Of a stretch of DNA of 64,000 nt, positions 10,493 through 19,776 are shown piece after piece. Position 1 is the first letter of the stretch; the number at the start of each line of letters is the position of its first letter. Under the pieces are notes generated by a model. That model had not been told where the DNA came from. It did no database searches and saw only the letters and a program-made list of their open reading frames with translations. Both the position numbers and the translations under genes were made by a program. The stretch covers positions 124,001 through 188,000 of the IMG/VR virus record IMGVR_UViG_3300034682_000176; one strand, written 5' to 3'.

Positions 10493-10879
10493 ATGCAAAC
10501 TCTTAACGTGGGTTTCCACTACAACTTCTCGGTGCACGCCAACTCCATCTTGGGTGCCTCGTACAAAAACGTTCAGCTGGTTTCCATCCTGGACTACTAC
10601 ACCGCGCTGCGCCATGGGAACATTCCCTTACAGCACCGTCAGATCTATCCCAAGCTGCCCGAAGGCACACCTTCGGATGCGACCAAGTACATCTACTACC
10701 TGTTCCGCGCCACCAACGGTAAGGAAACGGTGATTGCCGATGTGTGGATCGTGGATTCGACGATTGAGCAAACCCAAGGGTTTGACCAAACCCTGGTGAT
10801 GCGTAACGTCACTTCGACCCAGGTGGCGATTGTGCGTGATCAGCTGCGCCTGCTGGGGATCAGTTTTGATTTTGTTTGA
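10493..10879 (+). CDS. conserved jumbo-phage protein (128 aa)
   Basis: SD ggag; late-type motif tatcgtgtga at 10462. Confidence 0.75.
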   Translation: MQTLNVGFHYNFSVHANSILGASYKNVQLVSILDYYTALRHGNIPLQHRQIYPKLPEGTPSDATKYIYYLFRATNGKETVIADVWIVDSTIEQTQGFDQTLVMRNVTSTQVAIVRDQLRLLGISFDFV

Positions 10880-10904
10880 GGTCTGAGAGACCGAAGGGGT
10901 AACG

Positions 10905-11462
10905 ATGTACAACGAACTTGCGGCAAGTGAGCCGGTCCAGCAAATCGGCATCACTTTTGTGGATGCTGCCAACTTCAACAACTTGCAAAGCCAGCATTTC
11001 AAGATGGCGGAGTTTCCAGAGTTGATCTGGGGTGGTGCACGCCAAGACGCTCTGTCTGTGATGACACACGCTTACTTGGTGGAACTCAACAACTACCTGA
11101 GCGAGTTGGTGGTTGGTAACATCCAAATCTCTACCCATGTACCATTGTCCGAACGCGAAAAGGAATACACCCGTTTTGCAGTGCAGGACGACATGAAGGG
11201 AGAATGCTGCGTGCCGCTCGGCGACACCCAAAAACTATCTTATGACACCTTGCCTATTGATGGTCAAACCCTGATCGTCGTGGTGCAAAAAGGTTTCCTC
11301 AATCACCTAGCGGATAGTAAGGACAATTACCGTGCGTTTGTCCTAGCTTGTATTCGCTGCATGGATCGCTTTAACTGTGACTTGTCGCAGCTTAATCAAC
11401 TGTACCTCCGTTTGCAACTGACGTCCGCTCCCTACGAGCTGATGCGCTGTCGCATTCAGTGA
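10905..11462 (+). CDS. conserved protein upstream of the major capsid gene (185 aa)
   Basis: SD aagggg; syntenic with the capsid gene. Confidence 0.7.
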   Translation: MYNELAASEPVQQIGITFVDAANFNNLQSQHFKMAEFPELIWGGARQDALSVMTHAYLVELNNYLSELVVGNIQISTHVPLSEREKEYTRFAVQDDMKGECCVPLGDTQKLSYDTLPIDGQTLIVVVQKGFLNHLADSKDNYRAFVLACIRCMDRFNCDLSQLNQLYLRLQLTSAPYELMRCRIQ

Positions 11463-11511
11463 GGTCAACCTCTTTCACCTTTGATCCCCAATTTTGTTTT
11501 AGGAGCATCCC

Positions 11512-13665
11512 ATGTCCGTTGAATTGCTGCTGGGTACCAAGTCTGTCCTGCCCGAAACCCCTGTGTCCACTCTGGCCAAGAAAGCCAGCGCCGTGGTGTC
11601 GGCCCGCACTCTGAGCGACAAAAACGTCACGGCTTTGGCCCTGTCGACCGAGTCCTACGGTGACGAAGCCGCCACGGCTCTGACCAACACCTACAACTCG
11701 TTCGAGGCTGCCCTGAAGACCATGGTCAAGGACCTGGGCATCTCCGCCGAATCCTGGCAGATGACTGCTGCGACCATCGGTGGCATGATGGCTGCTGACC
11801 CTGCCGGCGCCCTGTCCGCCAAGATTCGTCCTGTCACAGCCGACACCGTGCTGCTGAACCCCGGCGTGAACGGCGGTTCGATGGAACGTGCTGCCGCCAT
11901 CGAAGCCTACGACGAGCGTGACAACCGCAACTCGCAGATGCACACCGTGGTGTACAACCTGCTGGCTTCGCGCATGGACGACTTCGCCGAAACCCTGTTC
12001 CCCACCATCGTGGCTTCGCCCAACGAAATGGGTGTGACCGTGGCGCTGAAGTTCTTCTACGTGTACAACGACTTCAAGCGCGCTACCACCGGCTCCCTGG
12101 CCAACTACAACCGCAAGAACGTGATGCGTGCGGCCAAGGACATGTCGATCCTGAAGAACGAGCTGACACGCGCTATCCCTGTGCTGCGCACCGGCGGCGA
12201 CGACAAGAACGACGACAAGTTCGTGCCTATCGCCGTGGGTCCTGCCTGGAACGAAGACCTGGGCGTGGGCGTGTCCGTGCAAACCGGCTGGCTGAAGGTT
12301 GACACCAAGGTCGACCTGCTGGGCCTGTCGCAGACCAACGAACTGCTGGCTTCCGGCATCATGGGTCCCACCGACGCGCTGGACAGCTACATGAAGCTGA
12401 ACGCCGTGCTGGTGCGTGTGACCGACGGTACCAACACCGACGTGTTCCAGATCGACCTGTCGACCAACCCCGCAGCGACGCTGACCTACGCTCCTACTGG
12501 CAACTATCGCAAGATGCTGCTGGCCATGGACTCCGACAGCATCGTGCTGACCGACAAGACCACACAGCTGAACGGCCAACCTCTGGTCCTGCTGGACGAG
12601 CTGGCTACCCACAAGGCCCGCGTGCAGCTGAACATCAACGGCAACGTGCTGCTGGACAAGGGCGACACCATCGTCAACCGTGGTTCGCTGCAACTGACAA
12701 CGCTGCGCAACGCCTCTGGCAACCTGGTGACCGGTTCGGTGTTCGACACCCTGGCCGAGAAGATCGCTTCTGCCGAAGTGATCGGCTACAAGCTGGATAC
12801 ATGGCGTGCCAACAGCAACTTGCGTCAACGTGGCCAGCTGATGGACACGCAGATCGAGTACCGCGTGATTCCTGTGCCTTTCCGTTCGCCTATCGGCGTG
12901 CTGGCTCCCGCCGGCCGCGCTGCTGGTGAAGACACCCAGCCTCTGCAGACCCTGGTGAGCACCACCGGTCGCCGCATGACCAACGAAGCCATCCTGACCC
13001 TGCAAAAGTGGGAAAAGGACATGGAAGCCTACCAAGCTGTGGCTGACGCTTCCGGCACCCTGCCCGAAATGGCCGCCATCGGCAGCGCTTACGTGATCCC
13101 TGCGTTCATGCGCGAAGAAGCCAACCTGCCTCTGACCGTGGACAGCCTGAAGTCGCACGAGCGCTTCAAAGACATCCGTGGCGCTCTGATCGAGAAGATC
13201 CGCTTCCTGGCCAACGAACTGCAACGCCGTTCCGAGTACCAGGCTGTGGCCGCGTTCTTGATGAACAACCCCAACTTCAAGCCTACCGTGATCGTGGCAA
13301 CCGATCCCGTGATCCACAACTACCTGTCCATGGACGGTGACCTGCGTCTGCTGGGTGACTCGTTCGACGTGAAGGTGGTGTCCACGATCGCTCAACCGAT
13401 CGAGAACAAGATCTACGTGACCTTCGGTGTGTTCGACCAACAGCGCAACACCACGGTGAACCCCCTGAACTCGGGCAACACCCTGTACACGCCTGAACTG
13501 GTGCTGAACCTGCCGATCAGCCGCGATGGCCAGCACTCCAACGAACTGACGGTGACTCCTCGTTTCATCCAGTTCTTCAACCTGCCTGTGCTGGGCGTGA
13601 TCAACGTCCGCGGCCTGCCTGCTGTCACCAACAAGCAAGCTGTGCACACCAAGGAAATCGTCTAA
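11512..13665 (+). CDS. major capsid protein (phiKZ gp120-like)
   Basis: 717 aa; extreme codon bias typical of high expression; F-ETLFPTIV, NSNLRQRGQL and VIVATDPVI motifs; S/A-X-E head-protease-type sites in the N-terminus; double hairpin downstream. Confidence 0.9.
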   Translation: MSVELLLGTKSVLPETPVSTLAKKASAVVSARTLSDKNVTALALSTESYGDEAATALTNTYNSFEAALKTMVKDLGISAESWQMTAATIGGMMAADPAGALSAKIRPVTADTVLLNPGVNGGSMERAAAIEAYDERDNRNSQMHTVVYNLLASRMDDFAETLFPTIVASPNEMGVTVALKFFYVYNDFKRATTGSLANYNRKNVMRAAKDMSILKNELTRAIPVLRTGGDDKNDDKFVPIAVGPAWNEDLGVGVSVQTGWLKVDTKVDLLGLSQTNELLASGIMGPTDALDSYMKLNAVLVRVTDGTNTDVFQIDLSTNPAATLTYAPTGNYRKMLLAMDSDSIVLTDKTTQLNGQPLVLLDELATHKARVQLNINGNVLLDKGDTIVNRGSLQLTTLRNASGNLVTGSVFDTLAEKIASAEVIGYKLDTWRANSNLRQRGQLMDTQIEYRVIPVPFRSPIGVLAPAGRAAGEDTQPLQTLVSTTGRRMTNEAILTLQKWEKDMEAYQAVADASGTLPEMAAIGSAYVIPAFMREEANLPLTVDSLKSHERFKDIRGALIEKIRFLANELQRRSEYQAVAAFLMNNPNFKPTVIVATDPVIHNYLSMDGDLRLLGDSFDVKVVSTIAQPIENKIYVTFGVFDQQRNTTVNPLNSGNTLYTPELVLNLPISRDGQHSNELTVTPRFIQFFNLPVLGVINVRGLPAVTNKQAVHTKEIV

Positions 13666-13677
13666 TTAGGCGATGCG

Positions 13678-13756
13678 CTAGGGAGTCTGACTCCCTAGTT
13701 CTCCTATACCCCACCCTGGCGGCCTTCGGGCTTGCCAGGGTGGGGTATGTATTTTT
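13678..13756 (+). terminator. double hairpin terminator after the capsid gene
   Basis: ctagggagtc/gactccctag and ataccccaccctggc...gccagggtggggtat plus T-run. Confidence 0.75.
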
Positions 13757-13782
13757 GCAAGTGCTTTTGAAGTCGGCACAGG

Positions 13783-13800
13783 TACATATATACCTAGTGA
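13783..13800 (+). promoter_or_regulatory. putative early promoter motif
   Basis: tacatatata-ccta-gtga, upstream of the operon containing the nvRNAP subunit. Confidence 0.65.
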
Positions 13801-13832
13801 TTTGTATCTCTGCGTATCTCTAGGAGTTCCTT

Positions 13833-15326
13833 ATGCCCGTCAACTTTATTGCTCGTGCACCACGCATTATTGGAGCTTACCTGACCGACCATGCCAAAAT
13901 AGCCCCTGTGCAAAAAGAGCAGACCTTTTGGGCTGCCGATGGAGAAAAGTATCTGCCCGTGTTGAATCTGTTCAAACTCGACGATCGGGCCGAGTTGATG
14001 TTGTCCGATGTGGACAACCCTGCCAACGACATCGAAACGTTCAATGGCAAGGATGTGCGTTACAACCTCAGCAAAAGTGTCATCAACAAAAAGCGTTTGG
14101 ATGTCCACGCTGGTGACCTGTTGATCGGTGGTGTGCGCATGGTGCTCAACTTCATGGACCAGCCTGTGACCATGAAGACGCGTTCCGACATCCCCAAGCT
14201 GTTCATGCCGCTTGTCAACGAGCAATTGAAGGAGTGGCGTGGCAAGTTGCTGATCTTGAGCTTTCACTCGTTCAATGTTCCGCAGACCATCAAGGAGTTG
14301 ACTGGCATTGCCAATTACTTCGAGAACCTGCGGTTGGAGAAAATCCAAAAGGGTGAAGGTAAGACAACCCCTGCACGGATGCTGGAGTACTTGAGCCGTT
14401 GCTGGCAATCGTACAAACCTGAACAAGCCGTCAACGTCATCTCCAATTCCATCAAACTGGCTATGGTGCACGAGTACCAGCCCGCCGACTTCATGTCAGG
14501 CGGGCTGGAAGTGGAAGATGTGTTTTGCAACGAGAGCGGCATGAGCTTTCGACGTTCAGCCAACGTGCTGGAAGTGGCAACACATCCCAAGCACAATGAC
14601 ACATTGCTGGCCAACCGTCAGATCGTGCAATCCATGCGCGAGAATGGTATCTCTTGCTTTATCGTGGACAACGACAAGCGCTTGAGTGAGCGGTTTATCA
14701 ACTTCGTGGGTAGTGTACGTAAGATCCCACAAGTGGTAGACTTTGAGCGCCCTGAGGGTTTGTACATCACCACCGTTGACGGGCAAAAGAGCTTGGGCGC
14801 CGATGCCTTCATCCCACTGGCTGATATCGACAGCTGCCGCTATATCTACAAGTCCCACGAGGAGGCGTTAGAAGGCACAGATGTCCGTCAGCAAGCCCAG
14901 CAGCACCACGAGCTGAGCAAGCTGGAGATGAGTGTTGAAGCAGCCCAGCTACAGCAACAAGCCCTGAAAATGCGTCACGAGTTTGAACAACAGACCATGA
15001 TTATGAAACAAAGTTTCGATGAACAAATTCGCAACATCGAAATTGACTCTAAACGCCGTCAGATGGAGCAAGATGCGTACATCCGGGATATGGAAACCCG
15101 CCACCAAGAAGCACTGCGTAACTTCAAGATCCAAGAGGAAGCCAACAAGTTCCAAGCCAACAGTGAAAAATTCCGTTTTGACCTGATAGGTATGGAGAAC
15201 AAGCACAAATACGAAGTAGCCAAGTACGACCGGGACACAACGATTGAAACGTTGAAGACCGTGGGTTCTGTGGCAGGCCTTTTGGCTGGCGGCTATGTCC
15301 TGTACAAGCAGCTGACCAAGAATTAA
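13833..15326 (+). CDS. conserved jumbo-phage protein with C-terminal coiled coil and hydrophobic tail (497 aa)
   Basis: SD aggag; Q/E/K-rich heptads; GSVAGLLAGGYVLY tail. Confidence 0.75.
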   Translation: MPVNFIARAPRIIGAYLTDHAKIAPVQKEQTFWAADGEKYLPVLNLFKLDDRAELMLSDVDNPANDIETFNGKDVRYNLSKSVINKKRLDVHAGDLLIGGVRMVLNFMDQPVTMKTRSDIPKLFMPLVNEQLKEWRGKLLILSFHSFNVPQTIKELTGIANYFENLRLEKIQKGEGKTTPARMLEYLSRCWQSYKPEQAVNVISNSIKLAMVHEYQPADFMSGGLEVEDVFCNESGMSFRRSANVLEVATHPKHNDTLLANRQIVQSMRENGISCFIVDNDKRLSERFINFVGSVRKIPQVVDFERPEGLYITTVDGQKSLGADAFIPLADIDSCRYIYKSHEEALEGTDVRQQAQQHHELSKLEMSVEAAQLQQQALKMRHEFEQQTMIMKQSFDEQIRNIEIDSKRRQMEQDAYIRDMETRHQEALRNFKIQEEANKFQANSEKFRFDLIGMENKHKYEVAKYDRDTTIETLKTVGSVAGLLAGGYVLYKQLTKN

Positions 15327-15375
15327 TTTTGAACTAAGTAAGCCATCTTGTGCTTACAATCCCAAGGAGTCTCAT

Positions 15376-17097
15376 ATGCGTACCTTCGCTGGTATGATCA
15401 AAGACCAAAGCCCTCAGTTCAATCGAGAGGTTGTTGAAGGTCTGACTTACCACCGCTTGAAGTTTGCACTGGAATATCTCGACCAGTTCATCCGTTACAG
15501 CTGCGAAAGCAAGACCCAGACCCATCTGCGGTATCTGGGTTACAAGCAACTCACTCCGCAAGAGGAGATGCGAACGATCTTCAACAAGACGTCCAAGGTC
15601 ACCTACGACATCGCCGAGAACGACATCTACCTGGTGGAGTACTACTTCCAGTATGGTGACAATCCCGAGGTGATGAAGCACCAGTTCTACATCCCGTTTG
15701 CCAACAAGGGCAATGTGATCCACTTCAGCGGCAATCGCTTTTTGGTCATGCCCACGTTGGCCGACAAGGTGATCAGCGTTGGTGACAATGGCATCTTCAT
15801 CAACATCATCACCGCCAAGTACAACTTTGCCCGTTTCCTGTACTCGGTGATGGTGGACGATCGCTACCAGTCGGTGACAGTGATTCATACCGAGCTGTAC
15901 AAGAACCCGTCCAAGAAGGTGCCTGACACCACCAAGGCCAACACCACGGTGATCCATTACCTGCTGGCCAACTATGGCTATGCAAAGACCATGGAGATGT
16001 TGTTGGGCTTTGTGCCGCAACCGGTGTACGACTACGACGGTGGTGACAAGGTCATCATTCGTTCTTCGGGTGTGGCACCTCGGGGCTACATCCAAGACAA
16101 GTCGCTGTACCAACCCAGCAACATCAAGTTCTTGGTGGATGCTGACCGCTACAACGAGAAGGTGCGTTATGTGCTCGGTAACGTCTTGTACGTGATCGAT
16201 CACTTCCCGCAAGCGATCTCGATTTCTGATCTGGACAACGTGCAGATTTGGAGACGCCTGTTGGCAGAGATCATTCACTCGGGCAATCACGGCTTGGCCT
16301 ACTTGCACGAGAAGATCTCGACCCACTACAACGACTTGAACAGCTCGTTTGACACCAACACCATCCGCAAACTGTCGGATGTGGGGGTGACATCCAAAAC
16401 GCTGATGGAGTTGTTGGTCGTGATCTTCGACAAGTACAACACCTGGATCATGCAAGCGGACACCCGCAGCTTGTACCATCGCAAGACCTTGGAGGTTGAG
16501 AGCTTTGTGCTCAAGGACCTGACCAGTGCGATCACCCGGATTGTGCTGGACATCAACAAGGAAGAGCTGCGCATCAATGGCAACAAGCTCGATGACAAGG
16601 CCGTGGAAAAGATCTTCAAGAGCTTTTTCAAGACCCGCATCATCTACATGCTCAAGAAAGAGTCGCACTACGTGACCAGTGTCGAGTACTCTGGGGATCA
16701 CCTGTATCCCAAGAACACCTCGATGATCAATGAGCAGGAAAGCAACCCCGTCAACATCCGTAACGCTGAGGCCACGGTCTCGGAGAAAAAGAAGTTGGTG
16801 GCAAGCATGGCCACGGTAGGTACTCCGTTGGGTATGAGTAAGACCAACCCTACGCCTTTGGCGCGGGTCAGTCTGTACATCATGCTTGACCCAGAAACGG
16901 GTACGGTGCTCCCACATCCGCTGTGGGACCCCATCGTCCAACACACTGATGCGCTGTTGGAAAACATCGCACCCAGTGACTCGGTGGTTCTGCCAACGTC
17001 GGACAACGACGACAGTGCCTTGGATGACGATGAAACCGATGACGACGACGAAATCGGGCAAGAAAACGAGGCTGACGCGACGATCGATTTGGATTGA
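15376..17097 (+). CDS. non-virion RNA polymerase beta-like subunit (phiKZ gp123-like)
   Basis: 573 aa; PQFNREVVEGL, YDIAENDIYLV and P-LADKVIS segments; position just downstream of the capsid gene as in phiKZ. Confidence 0.75.
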   Translation: MRTFAGMIKDQSPQFNREVVEGLTYHRLKFALEYLDQFIRYSCESKTQTHLRYLGYKQLTPQEEMRTIFNKTSKVTYDIAENDIYLVEYYFQYGDNPEVMKHQFYIPFANKGNVIHFSGNRFLVMPTLADKVISVGDNGIFINIITAKYNFARFLYSVMVDDRYQSVTVIHTELYKNPSKKVPDTTKANTTVIHYLLANYGYAKTMEMLLGFVPQPVYDYDGGDKVIIRSSGVAPRGYIQDKSLYQPSNIKFLVDADRYNEKVRYVLGNVLYVIDHFPQAISISDLDNVQIWRRLLAEIIHSGNHGLAYLHEKISTHYNDLNSSFDTNTIRKLSDVGVTSKTLMELLVVIFDKYNTWIMQADTRSLYHRKTLEVESFVLKDLTSAITRIVLDINKEELRINGNKLDDKAVEKIFKSFFKTRIIYMLKKESHYVTSVEYSGDHLYPKNTSMINEQESNPVNIRNAEATVSEKKKLVASMATVGTPLGMSKTNPTPLARVSLYIMLDPETGTVLPHPLWDPIVQHTDALLENIAPSDSVVLPTSDNDDSALDDDETDDDDEIGQENEADATIDLD

Positions 17098-17162
17098 CCG
17101 AACAGTAAGAGGAACCAAACTCCCGTAACCGTTGTACAGCGGGAGTTTGGATTGTGTTCAAG

Positions 17163-17180
17163 CACATATATAAGCAATGT
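17163..17180 (+). promoter_or_regulatory. putative early promoter motif
   Basis: cacatatata-agca-atgt. Confidence 0.6.
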
Positions 17181-17198
17181 ACGACAAGGAGTTTAATC

Positions 17199-18542
17199 AT
17201 GGTACAATACGCAAACCCGCATCCATCCCAACCCCGTAGCCAGTTTGGTAACTACGGGAATCAAGGTGGTCCGCAACCCATGCCGCAAATCGGAACGGTG
17301 ACCACTGGTACCGATGGTCGTCCTTGGGTGATGACTGCTCAAGGTTGGGCGCCTGCTGACCCTCGCATGTTTGCACCACAACCCGGCATGCCTCCGCAAG
17401 GAATGCCTGGCCAAGGCTTTCCTCAACCCGGTCCTGGTTACACAGCTGGTCCTGGTCAAGCTGTGTACCCTTACCCCGGTCAGCCTCCCCAAGGCTACCC
17501 CGTGTACCAACCACCTGGCTCGCAACAGCTGCCGGTGTACAGCGGCGTGCCACAGCCAATGCCGCAAGCAACGGTGTACCAAAACCCCCAAGGCACGCGT
17601 TCGCAAAACCGCTTTGGTGGTGGCAGTCAACCGCAGCCGCAAGCTGCACCACACATGCCTGTGTACACACCTGCACCACAACAACAACCCGCTCAACCAA
17701 CTGCTCAAGGAGAAAAAGACATGCAGCTCATCAGCACCGGCAAGACCACCATGCCCAAGACCATCTTGACCTCGCCCTCGTTCAAGATCGCAACACGCAC
17801 CAACATCTTCAACGATGTCAACGCGGTGGTCTACCCGACCCTGATGATCACAGACTGCCTGGACGAACTGCTGGAGCAGACGATCGAGAACACCGTCAAC
17901 CATGAACGTGCTCCTGCCGCGCTGATCGCCACCGGTGTGGTCGAGATGATCTACCACAAGGCTTCCCAGTCCAAGTACGTGGGCGATCTGTTCCAAGCAG
18001 ATGTCAAGTCGGTGTACAAGGCTTTCAAGACCCACCTGGCCGCGGTCAACAACCGCTACGACCTGGTGTACCTGTCGGCCATCAACGACTTCCTGACGGA
18101 AACGGCCAACGATGTGCTGTACCCGATTCTGGGCACCTACCCCATGATCGACAGCTTCACCGACGACTTCAACGAACTGCTGCGCAGCCTGCGTAACAAC
18201 TGCTCGGCCGAAGTCGAAGACCTGTTCGTCGAGCAGATCAACAACGTCCTGAAGAAGACGGCGGCGAATTTCTCGCTCAGCGAAGAGCTCAGCAAGGTCG
18301 ACACCGAAGAGTCGGCTCCCAAGGAAGCGCCTCAACGTGCACTGATTCCTGCACCCATGCAGATCATCTGCCTGAACTACATCAGCACTGAACTGGGCAC
18401 CCAAGACAACCTGGCCAACATGCTGGGCGGTCTGGCTGACATGATCGACGGCCATGTGGCCTACGTGTGCACGATCGACAAGACGGTCTACAAGGCCTTC
18501 TTTGACGGCGACAAGGTGGTTCTGGATCTGATCCGCAACTAA
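17199..18542 (+). CDS. protein with P/Q/G/Y-rich disordered N-terminus and folded C-terminal domain
   Basis: SD aaggag at the start; second SD aaggag before in-frame ATG 17721. Confidence 0.8.
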   Translation: MVQYANPHPSQPRSQFGNYGNQGGPQPMPQIGTVTTGTDGRPWVMTAQGWAPADPRMFAPQPGMPPQGMPGQGFPQPGPGYTAGPGQAVYPYPGQPPQGYPVYQPPGSQQLPVYSGVPQPMPQATVYQNPQGTRSQNRFGGGSQPQPQAAPHMPVYTPAPQQQPAQPTAQGEKDMQLISTGKTTMPKTILTSPSFKIATRTNIFNDVNAVVYPTLMITDCLDELLEQTIENTVNHERAPAALIATGVVEMIYHKASQSKYVGDLFQADVKSVYKAFKTHLAAVNNRYDLVYLSAINDFLTETANDVLYPILGTYPMIDSFTDDFNELLRSLRNNCSAEVEDLFVEQINNVLKKTAANFSLSEELSKVDTEESAPKEAPQRALIPAPMQIICLNYISTELGTQDNLANMLGGLADMIDGHVAYVCTIDKTVYKAFFDGDKVVLDLIRN

Positions 18543-18552
18543 GCATCACCCA

Positions 18553-18599
18553 GACACACCACAGACCCTTTGCAGGAGTCTGTGGTGTGTTTTTTTTTT
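18553..18599 (+). terminator. intrinsic terminator
   Basis: acacaccacagac / gtctgtggtgtgt plus long T-run. Confidence 0.85.
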
Positions 18600-18609
18600 A
18601 GGATTTAGT

Positions 18610-19074
18610 ATGGACTTTAGCAAATCTACGTTTGTCGAAATTGGTCTGAGTGTTTCACGTTGGAGCACTGCAGGAATCGAGACGGTCAGAGCCGCCGACA
18701 TGATGAAAATCTTGGAGCTGGCAGATGGCAACCAATTGATCACCGCCAATACGATTCAGCTGCTGCAAAACCACATCAAGCGTCTGGAAGAACCGGTGCT
18801 GACGCTTGCCGATTGTGGTCCTGACCCAGTGAAACAGATGGAGCAATTGCTTGCTGAACCCGTGGTGGACAAAGACAAAGTCTCCGCCTTGTTCACCAAA
18901 CTCTACACAGCGTTCACAGATCAGGTGCGCCGCCAAGAAAACTTGCGCGCTGTGGTGCGTGGCATGGCGCCGAGTTTGCAGGAGATTCGCTACCAAACTT
19001 CGCAGCTGGCTGACAAGATTGACGCAGTCACGATGGATGACCGTCAAGCCACCCTCCCCATCGATCCAACTTAA
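18610..19074 (+). CDS. hypothetical protein (154 aa)
   Basis: SD agga; helical. Confidence 0.65.
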   Translation: MDFSKSTFVEIGLSVSRWSTAGIETVRAADMMKILELADGNQLITANTIQLLQNHIKRLEEPVLTLADCGPDPVKQMEQLLAEPVVDKDKVSALFTKLYTAFTDQVRRQENLRAVVRGMAPSLQEIRYQTSQLADKIDAVTMDDRQATLPIDPT

Positions 19075-19722
19075 ATGACCATGCGTTTGTTTCCTCCTCT
19101 TCCAAATGTCAGCTGGCTGTTGACCCAAATCGAGCCTCCTGTCTTTCACCCCACATCGTCGACCCATTCTCCCCGACCTGAAATGCAACCCGACAAACAA
19201 CCCACTGAAAATCTGGAATCTTTCAACACAAAGATTGTTCAGCTGTTGACCAACAAGACAGTCTTTCTCCAGCGTCCACAGTCGGACACAGAGTGTTTTC
19301 TACCCAAGGGTGAGGTGGAAGAACTGCTGTCGCAATTGCTGACCTATACGGCCCAATTGGAACGAGAAATTGCGTCGCACTCACAAGCACACGCCGGCTG
19401 GAAACAAAAGTACCTGGGTCTCAAAGCCCTGGTGAACCGGGCCGCGGGAGAAGTTCTCCAAAGTCTTGATGAAGCACCTGGAGCAACCGCAACAACACCA
19501 GAAAAAATCGCGCCGTTCAGTGAAGCAGCAAAGAAAATGTGTGCTACAAGCTCTTCCATGCAATCGGCATCCAGCAACCACTGTGTGAACTACGATTTTA
19601 TTCCCCAGCTTGGATATGTTGCGGATGTGTTCCTCAACGATCAAACAAATGGTGAAGATATGCACCTTGGGCGCGCAAGCCACGGTGCCCAAATTTCTGT
19701 TGTTGTCCGACCTGCCGGTTAA
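19075..19722 (+). CDS. hypothetical protein (start uncertain)
   Basis: ORF abutting the upstream stop. Confidence 0.55.
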   Translation: MTMRLFPPLPNVSWLLTQIEPPVFHPTSSTHSPRPEMQPDKQPTENLESFNTKIVQLLTNKTVFLQRPQSDTECFLPKGEVEELLSQLLTYTAQLEREIASHSQAHAGWKQKYLGLKALVNRAAGEVLQSLDEAPGATATTPEKIAPFSEAAKKMCATSSSMQSASSNHCVNYDFIPQLGYVADVFLNDQTNGEDMHLGRASHGAQISVVVRPAG

Positions 19723-19725
19723 ATG

Positions 19726-19772
19726 AAGAACACCCACCTCTACTCCTTGCGGGTAGAGGTGGGTTTCTTTTT
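19726..19772. terminator. bidirectional terminator between convergent genes
   Basis: acccacctctac / gtagaggtgggt with flanking A and T tracts. Confidence 0.8.
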
Positions 19773-19776
19773 TGCT

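Noticed and set aside
11392-13647. 751-aa minus-strand ORF, and similar long antisense ORFs at 15334-17118, 43688-46144 and 57238-60732
   Set aside because: Shadow ORFs caused by strong codon bias of the real genes on the opposite strand; no SD and no motifs.
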